NCBI GenBank assembly: GCA_002762785.1
Contig: PCXY01000003.1
Location: 3,317 to 67,316 of the forward strand
Direction: 5' to 3'
DNA from: Candidatus Woesearchaeota archaeon CG10_big_fil_rev_8_21_14_0_10_45_16
GTDB taxonomy: Archaea > Nanobdellota > Nanobdellia > Woesearchaeales > GW2011-AR9
DNA length: 64,000 nucleotides
In this document: piece after piece, positions 26,399 through 35,476 of the stretch
Position numbering within the stretch: the stretch's first letter is position 1
Layout of the letters: every line of letters starts with the position of its first letter
Notes under the pieces: generated by a model
What the model saw: the letters and a program-made list of their open reading frames with translations, nothing else
What the model was told of the DNA's origin: nothing
The model's database searches: none
Made by a program: the position numbers and the translations under genes

Positions 26399-27604
26399 TC
26401 ATAATAGTTTCCCCACATAGATATTGTGCTTATCCCGCTGTATCTTAACTCGTATCTTCTTGTCTTTCACGAACTTGCATCCCGGTACTGAGATGTTTCT
26501 CTCTCCAGATACAGCGATCACAGAATGGGGAAACCTGTCGGGACATTTGATGACAGCCGTGATCTCATCTCCTTCTACGAAAGGTTTCGGCAGGGGTTTG
26601 ATCTTCCTGATATTGAAATCTTCTTTCTGTAATCGTAATTTGATATCATGTTTCTTCTCTAACTTCTCTAACAAAGTGTAAAAATCTTCCCAAAGGATCT
26701 CTTTGGCTGGATTGCGTCCGGTCTTATATCGCAAGAAATTCTGGATGCCGAGGATCGGCTGTTTCGGTAAGGATTTCACGAATAAGATTATCTTCTCCAT
26801 CTGGTCTTCGTTATAGCCTTGCGTCAATACCGGGGCGACGATGACTTTCAGCTTTTGGGATGCGTACGAGATGACTTCCTTGACGTGGTTGATGTTATAA
26901 CTTTGTACTCCAGCAACTTTCTTGGCGATCTCTTCATCGATGGCATCCAATGAAAGGTTCAGCTGTAACTTATCATTCTTGGCGAGAGCATCGATCTTTT
27001 CTTTGTTGAGCATGGTGCCGTTGGTATCGATGGAGATGGTATGTACTGACGGAATGGCCTGCAAGTCTTCGATAAGATACTGCATATCTGCATAGAGGAA
27101 CGGTTCACCCTGGACGCCGATATGGATCTCCAACGGTTCATCGACAAACCGGATGATCTTCTCCAGTTCTTCTACCATGTATTCTTTTTCGACGACAAAA
27201 TCGTGTTTCTTGGAAGAAAGACCCTCTGAGATGGAACAATAGACACAGTCCAGGTTGCAGGAGGTGACCGGTTTGATCTCAATGATGGACGAGTTTCTAT
27301 AGACGATGCCGAAAGCCACGTTGCCGATCAACGGGATTCCTGAATTACGGTGGATATAAGTAACTGGATTGCCGGTAAGCTTGTTTGTTAGGTGTTCAAA
27401 ATACTTGTCTAGCAGGAACGAGAATCTAGTCTCTGCTTTCTCTACGTCAATCTTTTTGAAATTGATAGTGTGCGGATCAGGAACTTCAAAAGGGGCGATG
27501 GCTTCCACTTCTTCCAGGGGCATCTTGGCGGTGAAGAGCTTGAGCAAGGTTACAACTAGTTCTTTCTCGGTCTTACGGAAGGAAAGTGTTTCGAATGTAG
27601 CCAT
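26399..27604 (-). CDS. radical SAM protein
   Basis: Canonical 'CNLDCVYC' (CX3CX2C); 401 aa. Confidence 0.75.
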   Translation of the reverse strand: MATFETLSFRKTEKELVVTLLKLFTAKMPLEEVEAIAPFEVPDPHTINFKKIDVEKAETRFSFLLDKYFEHLTNKLTGNPVTYIHRNSGIPLIGNVAFGIVYRNSSIIEIKPVTSCNLDCVYCSISEGLSSKKHDFVVEKEYMVEELEKIIRFVDEPLEIHIGVQGEPFLYADMQYLIEDLQAIPSVHTISIDTNGTMLNKEKIDALAKNDKLQLNLSLDAIDEEIAKKVAGVQSYNINHVKEVISYASQKLKVIVAPVLTQGYNEDQMEKIILFVKSLPKQPILGIQNFLRYKTGRNPAKEILWEDFYTLLEKLEKKHDIKLRLQKEDFNIRKIKPLPKPFVEGDEITAVIKCPDRFPHSVIAVSGERNISVPGCKFVKDKKIRVKIQRDKHNIYVGKLL

Positions 27605-27650
27605 ATCTGTCTATTTCAACAGCTATTTTAAAAAAGTTGTTGAGAATAAA

Positions 27651-28547
27651 TCAATTCAGAGACGGCTGCATCACATAGGCGCAGATCATTCCTTCTGTGT
27701 TTGGCAGGTTGTCGGTGATGTCGAGAAGATTCAGATTCATCCCTCTTGGGTCAAACGTACCTAGGTTATTGACAATCACCACACTTCCCCCGGCAAGAGT
27801 ATGGAGTTTTTGGATCCTTTCCTTTTCCAGAGCCTGATGGCTGCGGCTTTCGTCGCTACGATCAGTATTGTTTAAAGCATCGTTCTTATCATCAACAAAA
27901 TGCAGCTCAACCTGATAGCCATTCTGTAAGATGGCAGTAGCATGAAGCGCTTTGTAACCTGACGCTTTAGGATTCTCATAGTAATCCTTTCTCTCGATCA
28001 TTCTGGCTACAAATGGTAATTTAGTCACATGTTCCTCTAAAGCATAAGCATCTTCTGCTGTTTCTCCTACGAGAGTCGCTCCTTTTAAGTCTCTGACAAC
28101 TGTAAGTCCATCTTCTGGTCTGATCAGGCCTTTCTCTCCTGCATCACGAGCCGCTTTTTCCAGCGCGCTGTCATCAGCTTTAAGACGACCGTAGATTCTC
28201 AATGCATGATAAGGGTTTGATGTGGATCTGGGATCAAATGTGATCGTCTCTATGTACCCGGCAGGATCAGAGTGATGTGGTAAAGTTGGTGGGACAGCTC
28301 TTCTTTTGATAGGGCTATGCGCTTGGTCCACCATTTCAGCTAAAGCATAAAGTATGGTTGTATGAGCGCCATAATTTCTATCAAACACAGCAACATTTCC
28401 TCTTTGTAATAACTCTCTGGTCTGTGGATTCTCAGCTAATGCATCGGTCAGAAGCTGTCTCCTCTGCTCGTTTACAGTATTATACCCTATCGCTGGTTCA
28501 TTATGGGCTCTCACCGCCAGCTGTTCCAATCCTAAATTGCCGTTCAT
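27651..28547 (-). CDS. divergent RelA/SpoT-like nucleotidyltransferase (small alarmone synthetase-like)
   Basis: 'VRDLKGATLV' then 'KDYYENPKASGYKALH' then 'YQVELHF' parallels the synthetase-domain pattern D.xGxRxx ... KDYIxxPKxxGYxSLH ... EIQIRT. The last motif is degenerate. Confidence 0.4.
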   Translation of the reverse strand: MNGNLGLEQLAVRAHNEPAIGYNTVNEQRRQLLTDALAENPQTRELLQRGNVAVFDRNYGAHTTILYALAEMVDQAHSPIKRRAVPPTLPHHSDPAGYIETITFDPRSTSNPYHALRIYGRLKADDSALEKAARDAGEKGLIRPEDGLTVVRDLKGATLVGETAEDAYALEEHVTKLPFVARMIERKDYYENPKASGYKALHATAILQNGYQVELHFVDDKNDALNNTDRSDESRSHQALEKERIQKLHTLAGGSVVIVNNLGTFDPRGMNLNLLDITDNLPNTEGMICAYVMQPSLN

Positions 28548-28706
28548 ATTATACGATATATACTTGTGGTTTATATAGGCTGTGACAGAAATGGTCTTTA
28601 TCTACAACTCATGACACATTTAAGGTAGTTCTGGCTTTTTTCTCTGTTTCCAATAACCTCTACCATCACCATAATCATTAAATATCTTACAGAGCCACAA
28701 ACATCC

Positions 28707-31700
28707 ATGGAAAAGAGCCTCAGCATCCTCGATGTACCGATAGCGCATCTCACGCCGGGCATGCAGCAATACCTGGATGCCAAAAAAGCCAATCCTGACT
28801 GTCTGATCATGCTGCGTATGGGCGATTTCTATGAGATGTTTTACCAGGATGCCGTCACCGCTTCCAAAGAATTAGATATCACCCTCACAGCGAGAGGGCA
28901 GGGTGAAAGAAGAGCTCCTTTAGCCGGCATTCCCTATCATGCTTTAGAATCATACCTCGGGAGACTTGTAAAAAAAGGCCATAAAGTCGCTATCATCGAA
29001 CAGCTGGAAGATCCCAAGAAAGCCAAAGGCTTGGTAAAACGCGGCCTGGTGAGGATCGTCACGCCAGGGACGTTGATCGAATCTTCTTTACTGGATGAAA
29101 AAGAGAATAATTATGTTTTCTCGATGAAAGTCCTGGGAGATGATATCGCTGCGGCGTTCTGCGACATGTCTACCGGAGAGTTCTTTACGACGGTCCATAA
29201 GAGCCTGCCGGCATTACTTGGTGATATTGTCCGTTTCCATCCCAGCGAAGGTATCCTGCCGGAGAGCCTGCTGGTCGATACAGAATTGGTGGAGAAGATC
29301 CGTCAGCTGGATTGTTTTGTCAACAGCCTTGATGATCATCATTTCAAGACTGAAAAAGCAGCTGAGATCCTTAAGGAGCATTTTAACCTCGCTTCATTAG
29401 ACTCTTTCGGCATCGAAGACAAAAATAGCATCTCTGCTGCCGGAGGTCTGCTGTATTATCTCCGCAGCACTCAGAAGAATGGTCTCTCGCACATCAAAAG
29501 CCTTTCTTCCAGGAGCAATCAGGAGACGATGCTGCTTGACGGCAGTACTTTCCGCAACCTGGAACTGCTGCGTAACATCCGCGACAGCGGTAGCCGCGGT
29601 ACCGTCTTATCTATCTTGGATAAGACCGTCACTGTCCTTGGTTCCCGGCTGCTAAAAGCCTGGTTGAAGACCCCTTTGTGCAACCGCCAGCGGATCGAAC
29701 AGCGTCTCGACGCTGTAGAGCAGCTGCATAAAAATATTATCATCAGGGAAGAGATCCGCGAGCTCCTGAAAGAAGTCTATGATCTGGAAAGGCTGATCAG
29801 CCGTATCAACTACGGCAATGCCTCGCCTAAAGACCTCTTGGCCTTGCGGCAGTCGCTGGAAAAGATCCCGCTGCTGAAACAGAAGACAATCAACTTGGAT
29901 TCATCATTGCTGCAGAACATCAGCAGCATGGCTGATCTCCATGAGATACGAGGCCTTCTTGGTTCCGCGATCAAAGATGACGCGCCGTTTACTGTCAGAG
30001 AAGGCGGTATCATCAAGCCGGAGTTCGACCAAGAGCTCGCTTCGTTGGTCAGCATCAAAGAAAATGGCAGACAATATCTTCAAGAGCTAGAGAGACGGGA
30101 GAAAGAGAAGACTGGCATCTCTTCATTAAAGATCAGCTACAACAAAGTTTTTGGTTATTATATCGAAGTTACTAAGAAAAACCTTTCTTTGGTGCCGGAA
30201 CATTACATCCGTAAACAGACGACGGCTAACGGCGAGCGTTACATCACTGAAGAACTGAAACTAGAAGAAGAAAAAATACTTGGAGCTCAGGAAAAGATTG
30301 CCGAGCTGGAATATCGGCTGTTTCAGGATATCGTCGCCAGGATAGCCGCCAGGACTGCGGAAGTTCAGGAGACGGCCAGAAAGGTCGCCGCTCTTGATGT
30401 TCTCTGTTCTCTGGCAAAGATCTCAGCTGAAAACCATTACGTCCGTCCGCGATTTGTCGATGATAACATCCTTCACATAAAAAGAGGGCGTCATCCAGTC
30501 GTCGAGCAGCTGGAGAGCCGCTTCATCGCCAATGATGTTCTTCTGGATGAAGGACAGATGATGATCATCACCGGACCAAACATGGCCGGGAAGTGTTTAG
30601 TCGGTGAGTCTATCGTCTTTACTGATAAAGGCATGATCCCTATCGAAGATTTTAAACCGGCCCTGATCGAAACCGGCCAATTTTATCCGCTTCAGGTTGG
30701 GGTCAATGGTGTTGAAGGACTTGAAACGGCATCACATTTTTATTATGATGGAAAAAGAAAGACTATCAGACTTAAGACCCGGTTTGGTTACGAGATTGAA
30801 GGCACAGAGAACCATCCTGTCCTTGTCAGGACTATGGAAGGAAAAGAGATCTGGCGGAAACTAGGAAACATCCAGGAGCAGGATCAGATAATAATCAACC
30901 GGAAAATTGATCTTTGGGGAAAAAATGTAAAAATCTCTCCAAAGATTCTCTCTGAGATGCGTCAAGGTAAGTATCACCATAACGTGCTTTTCTATAAAGT
31001 TCCAGAACTTATCGATGAGGATCTGGCGTACTTGATCGGACTGCTTGTGGGGGATGGCACTTTAACATATAAAAATAGTATCACTTTCTCTAACATCGAT
31101 ACAGAGCTGATAGCTGAATTCTTCCGGATCATGGAAGATAAATTTGGTTATTCTCCAAAGACCAAGAAAAATAATACAGATCATCTTGTGTGCAGCAGGC
31201 ACATACGATCATTTTTTGAAAAGATCGGCTTAGGGTACGTAAACTCTCTCGACAAAGAAACACCAAGGTGTATCCTGGAAGCTCCTAAACATATTGTCCG
31301 GATGTTTTTACAAGGACTATTTGACACCGATGGCTGTGCCGACAAAAGATACGGCAACGTAAGCGTATCGACCTCCTCTTATAAGTTGGCAAGACAGATC
31401 CAGATAATCTTATTGAACTTTGGCATAATCTCTTCACTCAAGCCGAAAAAGACAAGCCGCAACCTGAATTATAGGGTACAGATATATGGTCAGGATTCGA
31501 TATTATTCCATAACACCGTCGGATTTAAGCTTCGGAGAAAGAGCGCTCGGTCAGACAAGTCTTCCTCATTAAGGATGCCCAACTATGGCGTCCCTCATCT
31601 GAAAGAGGCGTTGAAAAGGATACAAAAAGAGATAGTCGGTAGGAAAGATAAGATTGTGGCGCTCAAGAAAGTTAAAAAGATCAACTCTATCTTCTACACT

Positions 31701-32540
31701 TATCTCCCCAATAATCGGAACATCAGCCACCAGAAGCTGAAAGAATTGATTGACTATTGTGATTTGAACCGGATTAGCTGCCCAGATATGAAAAAGATTT
31801 CGGAACGGAATTATCTTTATGATCCGATCGCCAGTATTGAGGCCTCAGAAGCTATGAAGGATGTTTATGATTTCTCGGTTCCCGGAACCCATTCTTTTAC
31901 TGCCAACGGCTTGATCAACCATAACTCAACGATAATGCGGCAGACGGCTTTGATCGTCCTGCTGGCTCAGATGGGCAGTTTCGTACCGGCGGAAGAAGCC
32001 ACTTTGGGTGTTATCGACCGCATCTTCACCCGCGTCGGCGCTTATGATGACCTTAGCTCCGGGCAGTCAACGTTTATGGTAGAGATGAGCGAGACAGCAT
32101 CTATCCTTGGCAATGCCACAGAAAAGAGCCTGGTCATCCTGGACGAGATCGGCCGCGGCACTTCCACTTTTGACGGCGTCTCCATCGCCTGGAGCGTGGC
32201 TGAACACATCCATAATACTGTCAAAGCCAAGACGCTTTTTGCCACCCATTACCACGTCATGAACAAGCTGGCTGACAATTTCTCCCGGATCAAGAATTAC
32301 ACCATCGCCGTCCGCGAGAAAGAAGGGGACGTCATCTTCTTGCACAAGCTGGTGGAAGGCAGCACCGACCAGAGCTACGGCATCCATGTCGCTAAGCTGG
32401 CTGGCCTTCCTGGCTCTGTCGTCGAACGGGCTAAAGAGATCCAGACCCTGCTGGAAAAAGACGATGAGATGATACGCAGGATCAAAGCCAAGAAGATCCA
32501 GGAGCAGACCAGCTTAGAAAATTTTAAGGATAAGATTTAA
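28707..32540 (+). CDS. mutS: bacterial-type mismatch repair protein MutS (MutS1), intein-containing
   Basis: 'LTPGMQQY', mismatch-binding 'GDFYEMF', Walker A 'GPNMAGK'+'ST' split by the intein, 'DEIGRGTST', 'ATHYH', 'QSYGIHVAKLAGLP'. Confidence 0.9.
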   Translation: MEKSLSILDVPIAHLTPGMQQYLDAKKANPDCLIMLRMGDFYEMFYQDAVTASKELDITLTARGQGERRAPLAGIPYHALESYLGRLVKKGHKVAIIEQLEDPKKAKGLVKRGLVRIVTPGTLIESSLLDEKENNYVFSMKVLGDDIAAAFCDMSTGEFFTTVHKSLPALLGDIVRFHPSEGILPESLLVDTELVEKIRQLDCFVNSLDDHHFKTEKAAEILKEHFNLASLDSFGIEDKNSISAAGGLLYYLRSTQKNGLSHIKSLSSRSNQETMLLDGSTFRNLELLRNIRDSGSRGTVLSILDKTVTVLGSRLLKAWLKTPLCNRQRIEQRLDAVEQLHKNIIIREEIRELLKEVYDLERLISRINYGNASPKDLLALRQSLEKIPLLKQKTINLDSSLLQNISSMADLHEIRGLLGSAIKDDAPFTVREGGIIKPEFDQELASLVSIKENGRQYLQELERREKEKTGISSLKISYNKVFGYYIEVTKKNLSLVPEHYIRKQTTANGERYITEELKLEEEKILGAQEKIAELEYRLFQDIVARIAARTAEVQETARKVAALDVLCSLAKISAENHYVRPRFVDDNILHIKRGRHPVVEQLESRFIANDVLLDEGQMMIITGPNMAGKCLVGESIVFTDKGMIPIEDFKPALIETGQFYPLQVGVNGVEGLETASHFYYDGKRKTIRLKTRFGYEIEGTENHPVLVRTMEGKEIWRKLGNIQEQDQIIINRKIDLWGKNVKISPKILSEMRQGKYHHNVLFYKVPELIDEDLAYLIGLLVGDGTLTYKNSITFSNIDTELIAEFFRIMEDKFGYSPKTKKNNTDHLVCSRHIRSFFEKIGLGYVNSLDKETPRCILEAPKHIVRMFLQGLFDTDGCADKRYGNVSVSTSSYKLARQIQIILLNFGIISSLKPKKTSRNLNYRVQIYGQDSILFHNTVGFKLRRKSARSDKSSSLRMPNYGVPHLKEALKRIQKEIVGRKDKIVALKKVKKINSIFYTYLPNNRNISHQKLKELIDYCDLNRISCPDMKKISERNYLYDPIASIEASEAMKDVYDFSVPGTHSFTANGLINHNSTIMRQTALIVLLAQMGSFVPAEEATLGVIDRIFTRVGAYDDLSSGQSTFMVEMSETASILGNATEKSLVILDEIGRGTSTFDGVSIAWSVAEHIHNTVKAKTLFATHYHVMNKLADNFSRIKNYTIAVREKEGDVIFLHKLVEGSTDQSYGIHVAKLAGLPGSVVERAKEIQTLLEKDDEMIRRIKAKKIQEQTSLENFKDKI
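30594..31925 (+). mobile_element. 444-aa intein with LAGLIDADG homing endonuclease inside the MutS P-loop
   Basis: Begins 'CLVGESIVF' directly after GPNMAGK. Block B 'GTENHPVLV'. Two dodecapeptides, 'LAYLIGLLVGDGT' and 'FLQGLFDTDGCA'. Ends 'GLINHN' followed by the +1 Ser of 'STIMRQ'. Confidence 0.85.
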
Positions 32541-32566
32541 ATAAAAGAACTACTCAATGGTAGTTT

Positions 32567-32962
32567 ATGGTTGATGCTTTGGAACGGACGGTACTGTTGG
32601 CTGATGATAGTGATCTTCTTAGAAGGAGTTATGGCCGGATAATCAGCCGCTATGATGCAGGTATCAACGTAACTGCCGTTTCGACTGGTGAAGAGCTGGT
32701 GCGAGAAGCTGCTGGACAGCAATACAATCTGATCATCACCGATAACAACATGGGCTTAGGGATCAAAGGTGTGGAAGCGGTACAGCAGATCCGGGCTGGA
32801 AAATACAACACCGAGACTCCCCTTTACGTCGTCAGTTCCGATGGTTTTGCTAAGTCGGAAGCAGCTGAGGCTGGAGCTACCGGATTCATCTTGAAAGACG
32901 GCGGATTAAACGACCAGATCAAAGTGCTTCTTGAAAAACATCTGCCGTTTAGCCGGGAATGA
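32567..32962 (+). CDS. stand-alone response-regulator receiver domain (CheY-like)
   Basis: 'VLLADDSD', phospho-Asp context 'LIITDNNMG', 'LYVVSSDG', 'GFILKD'. No output domain. Confidence 0.75.
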   Translation: MVDALERTVLLADDSDLLRRSYGRIISRYDAGINVTAVSTGEELVREAAGQQYNLIITDNNMGLGIKGVEAVQQIRAGKYNTETPLYVVSSDGFAKSEAAEAGATGFILKDGGLNDQIKVLLEKHLPFSRE

Positions 32963-32970
32963 TCTTCTAA

Positions 32971-33060
32971 TAGCTGACCTGTTGATAGCTGACCTGTTGA
33001 TAGCTGACCTGTTGATAGCTGACCTGTTGATAGCTGACCTGTTGATAGCTGATCTCTTGA
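32971..33060 (+). repeat. 15-bp tandem repeat TAGCTGACCTGTTGA x5 plus one degenerate unit (TAGCTGATCTCTTGA)
   Basis: Read directly. Starts 9 nt after the response-regulator stop and ends 13 nt before ATG 33074. Confidence 0.95.
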
Positions 33061-33097
33061 TATTTCTTCCAACATGACAACTCCGCCCCAACAAGAT

Positions 33098-33105
33098 TTA
33101 AATAC
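33098..33105 (+). promoter_or_regulatory. TATA-like TTTAAATA; with GGTGA at 33154-33158 it supports start 33167
   Basis: The GGTGA lies 8 nt upstream of ATG 33167. The TATA lies downstream of the alternative ATG 33074. Confidence 0.4.
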
Positions 33106-33166
33106 GAATCATTATTCTTCTACTTTAGACTTGTCAGGAACTGACATAAAAAGGGTGAATGCATGT

Positions 33167-34474
33167 ATGGAATCCAAAACTGTGGAACCGAAAAAATTTC
33201 TATTTGTTTCAAAAGAAGCATTGATAACTGATATTGCCTGGTGTGTCATAAAAGAAGGACATCAAGTAAAATATTACATCGAGGATGAAGTGGACCGAGA
33301 TATCGGTGAAGGCTTTGTTCCAAAGGTTGATGACTGGCGTCCTGAGGTTGAGTGGGCTGACGTGATCGTCTTTGACGATGTCCTGGGCCACGGTAAGATT
33401 GCGGAAGAACTGCGCAAGCAGGGCAAAGCGGTCATCGGCGGTACTGCCTACACAGACAAGCTGGAAGACGAACGTTCTTTCGGTCAGGAAGAGCTGAAGA
33501 AACACGGCATCCCTATCATCCCTTATTCTGAATTCACCTCTTTTGATGAAGCGATCAATTACGTCAAGCAGAATCCAGCTAAATATGTCATCAAACCGTC
33601 CGGCGAAGCTCAGAACAAGAAAGGGCTGTTGTTCGTCGGCCAGGAAGATGACGGCGCGGATGTTATCCGTGTCCTTGAATCCTACAAGAGGACCATGCAG
33701 CAGCATATCGCCATCATCCAGCTGCAGCGGCGCATCACTGGCGTGGAAGTGGCTGTGGGGGCTTTCTTCAACGGCAAGCAGTTCATGACCCCGATCAACA
33801 TCAACTTTGAACATAAGAAACTGTTCCCGGGCAACATCGGTCCTTCTACTGGAGAGATGGGGACTAGCATGTTTTGGAGCATGCCCAACAAGCTGTTCAA
33901 CACGACCTTGAAGAAGATCGAGAAGACTCTGGCTACTGAAGGTTATGTCGGCTACATCGACCTTAACTGCATCGTCAACGGCAACGGCATCTATCCTCTG
34001 GAGTTCACGTCCCGATTTGGCTATCCGACCATCTTTATCCAGCAGGAAGGCATCCTTAACACCATGGGCGAATTTCTTCACGGCATGGCTACCGGCCAGA
34101 TGAACGAGTTCCGCACTAAGAAAGGCTTTCAGGTGGGTGTAAGGATCTTGGTGCCGCCGTTCCCTTTCGGTGATCAGGAAACGTTCGAATCACATTCTAA
34201 AGGCAGCACCATCGTCTTCAAGAAGCATGATGAGAACGGCGTCCACATCGAAGACGTCAAGCTGATCAACGGCGAATGGGTAGTTGCTGGAAGTTCTGGA
34301 GTGATCATGGTCGTGGTCGGCACCGGTTCCACTATGAAAGATGCCCAGAAGCAAGTTTACAATCGCATCAGCAATATCTTGATCCCGCACATGTACTACC
34401 GGACGGACATCGGCGACCGTTGGTATGAGGATTCCGACCGCCTGCATAGCTGGGGCTATCTTCGCGAACAGTAA
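33167..34474 (+). CDS. ATP-grasp enzyme, phosphoribosylamine-glycine ligase (PurD)-like fold
   Basis: 'KYVIKPSGEAQNKKGLLFV', 'GVEVAVGAFFNG', 'GYIDLNCIV', 'PLEFTSRFGYP' fit the ATP-grasp layout. It lacks the PurD N-terminal GGREHA motif. ORF track start 33074. Confidence 0.55.
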   Translation: MESKTVEPKKFLFVSKEALITDIAWCVIKEGHQVKYYIEDEVDRDIGEGFVPKVDDWRPEVEWADVIVFDDVLGHGKIAEELRKQGKAVIGGTAYTDKLEDERSFGQEELKKHGIPIIPYSEFTSFDEAINYVKQNPAKYVIKPSGEAQNKKGLLFVGQEDDGADVIRVLESYKRTMQQHIAIIQLQRRITGVEVAVGAFFNGKQFMTPININFEHKKLFPGNIGPSTGEMGTSMFWSMPNKLFNTTLKKIEKTLATEGYVGYIDLNCIVNGNGIYPLEFTSRFGYPTIFIQQEGILNTMGEFLHGMATGQMNEFRTKKGFQVGVRILVPPFPFGDQETFESHSKGSTIVFKKHDENGVHIEDVKLINGEWVVAGSSGVIMVVVGTGSTMKDAQKQVYNRISNILIPHMYYRTDIGDRWYEDSDRLHSWGYLREQ

Positions 34475-34503
34475 GAAAGCGACAAGGGTGAACAAAAACC
34501 TCT

Positions 34504-35445
34504 ATGAAAATTCGTGTGGAAACTGACCTGCAGAAATGTAGGGATCTTTGGGACCGCTTTTCACCTAAGAAAAGGTTGTGGGACCTTTGGGAAGTCTTAT
34601 ACTGTTTTAACGAGCAGGGCAACACTCTCCATTTTCTGGTCTTGGAAGATGAAAGAGGAGATCAACCGCATGGCATCCTGCCTTTATGGTGGGATCAGCC
34701 CCTTGAGAAATACCTGTTCTTTGGCGGCGAATACATGGAAGACATCCAATTCTGGTTCGACCTGAAACATTTCCCGCTGGTTGTCCAGCACCTTCCTAAA
34801 GACACTTTTCTTTACGACATAAATCACCTGGAGATGGAAAAGATCCTGGCTCTCCATCCGCAGTTTAAAGATGATTTCCAGCATCTTGATGACCATTTCT
34901 TCATCAACCTGGACAAGTACAGCTACGACCTTCAGTCTTTCCTGGCCACTTTCGGCAAGAAACATCGTAAGAATCTGCTCTATGACCTACGCCATGTCGA
35001 GCAGGAAGGCTTTGAGGTGCGCTGGGAGACTAAGCTGTTGTTCTACGATGATTTCATCAGTTATAACCAGAAGCGTTTCGGTGAAGAGTCTGATTTCGTC
35101 CACCCTACTTTTATTGACGGCATGAGGGATTTCCTGAAGCTTCTAGAATCTCGTGATCTTCTTCAGACTTCTCTGGTCTTGAAAGACGGCAGGCCTCTGG
35201 CTATCGAATATGCTGCTTTCTTCAACGGAGTTTACTATGTTCTTAACGGCGGCTATGACTTCAGTGTCGAGAACCTCGGGAAGTACTTGATGATGCTTCA
35301 TATTAGGCGGGCGGCAGCCCAGAAAGCTCCTCTAATTGATTTTCTCTGCGGTGACGCCGGCTGGAAGCGCCTCTGGAATTGCGAAAGCGCCCCTTATTAC
35401 ACTTTCTCGACGACAAATCTGTCGATAAAAAGCCCCAAACAATAA
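34504..35445 (+). CDS. FemAB-like / CelD-BcsL-type GNAT acyltransferase (Acetyltransf_6-like)
   Basis: 'FGKKHRKNLLYDLRHVEQEGFEV' ... 'LKDGRPLAIEYAAFFNGVYYVLNGGYD' ... 'DFLCGDAGWKRLW'. Confidence 0.5.
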   Translation: MKIRVETDLQKCRDLWDRFSPKKRLWDLWEVLYCFNEQGNTLHFLVLEDERGDQPHGILPLWWDQPLEKYLFFGGEYMEDIQFWFDLKHFPLVVQHLPKDTFLYDINHLEMEKILALHPQFKDDFQHLDDHFFINLDKYSYDLQSFLATFGKKHRKNLLYDLRHVEQEGFEVRWETKLLFYDDFISYNQKRFGEESDFVHPTFIDGMRDFLKLLESRDLLQTSLVLKDGRPLAIEYAAFFNGVYYVLNGGYDFSVENLGKYLMMLHIRRAAAQKAPLIDFLCGDAGWKRLWNCESAPYYTFSTTNLSIKSPKQ

Positions 35446-35446
35446 G

Positions 35447-35454
35447 TTTATAAA
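35447..35454 (+). promoter_or_regulatory. TATA box TTTATAAA
   Basis: 22 nt upstream of the GTG start at 35477. Confidence 0.5.
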
Positions 35455-35476
35455 AGTGATTGTTTTTTCCTGGTGA

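Noticed and set aside
28598-28810. 70-aa minus-strand ORF overlapping the mutS start
   Set aside because: It overlaps the mutS promoter and 5' end, has Cys/Arg-rich junk composition, and has no promoter.
32971-33060. Possible CRISPR array
   Set aside because: The 15-bp units are directly adjacent with no spacers and are too short. This is not a CRISPR.
32824-33094. Minus-strand ORFs encoding (QLSTG)n / (INRSA)n repeats
   Set aside because: They are translations of the 15-bp tandem DNA repeat and overlap the 3' end of the receiver gene antisense. There is no start context, so the DNA repeat is the real feature.
33209-34081. 290-aa antisense ORF inside the ATP-grasp gene
   Set aside because: A shadow ORF. 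The sense frame carries the recognisable ATP-grasp motifs.
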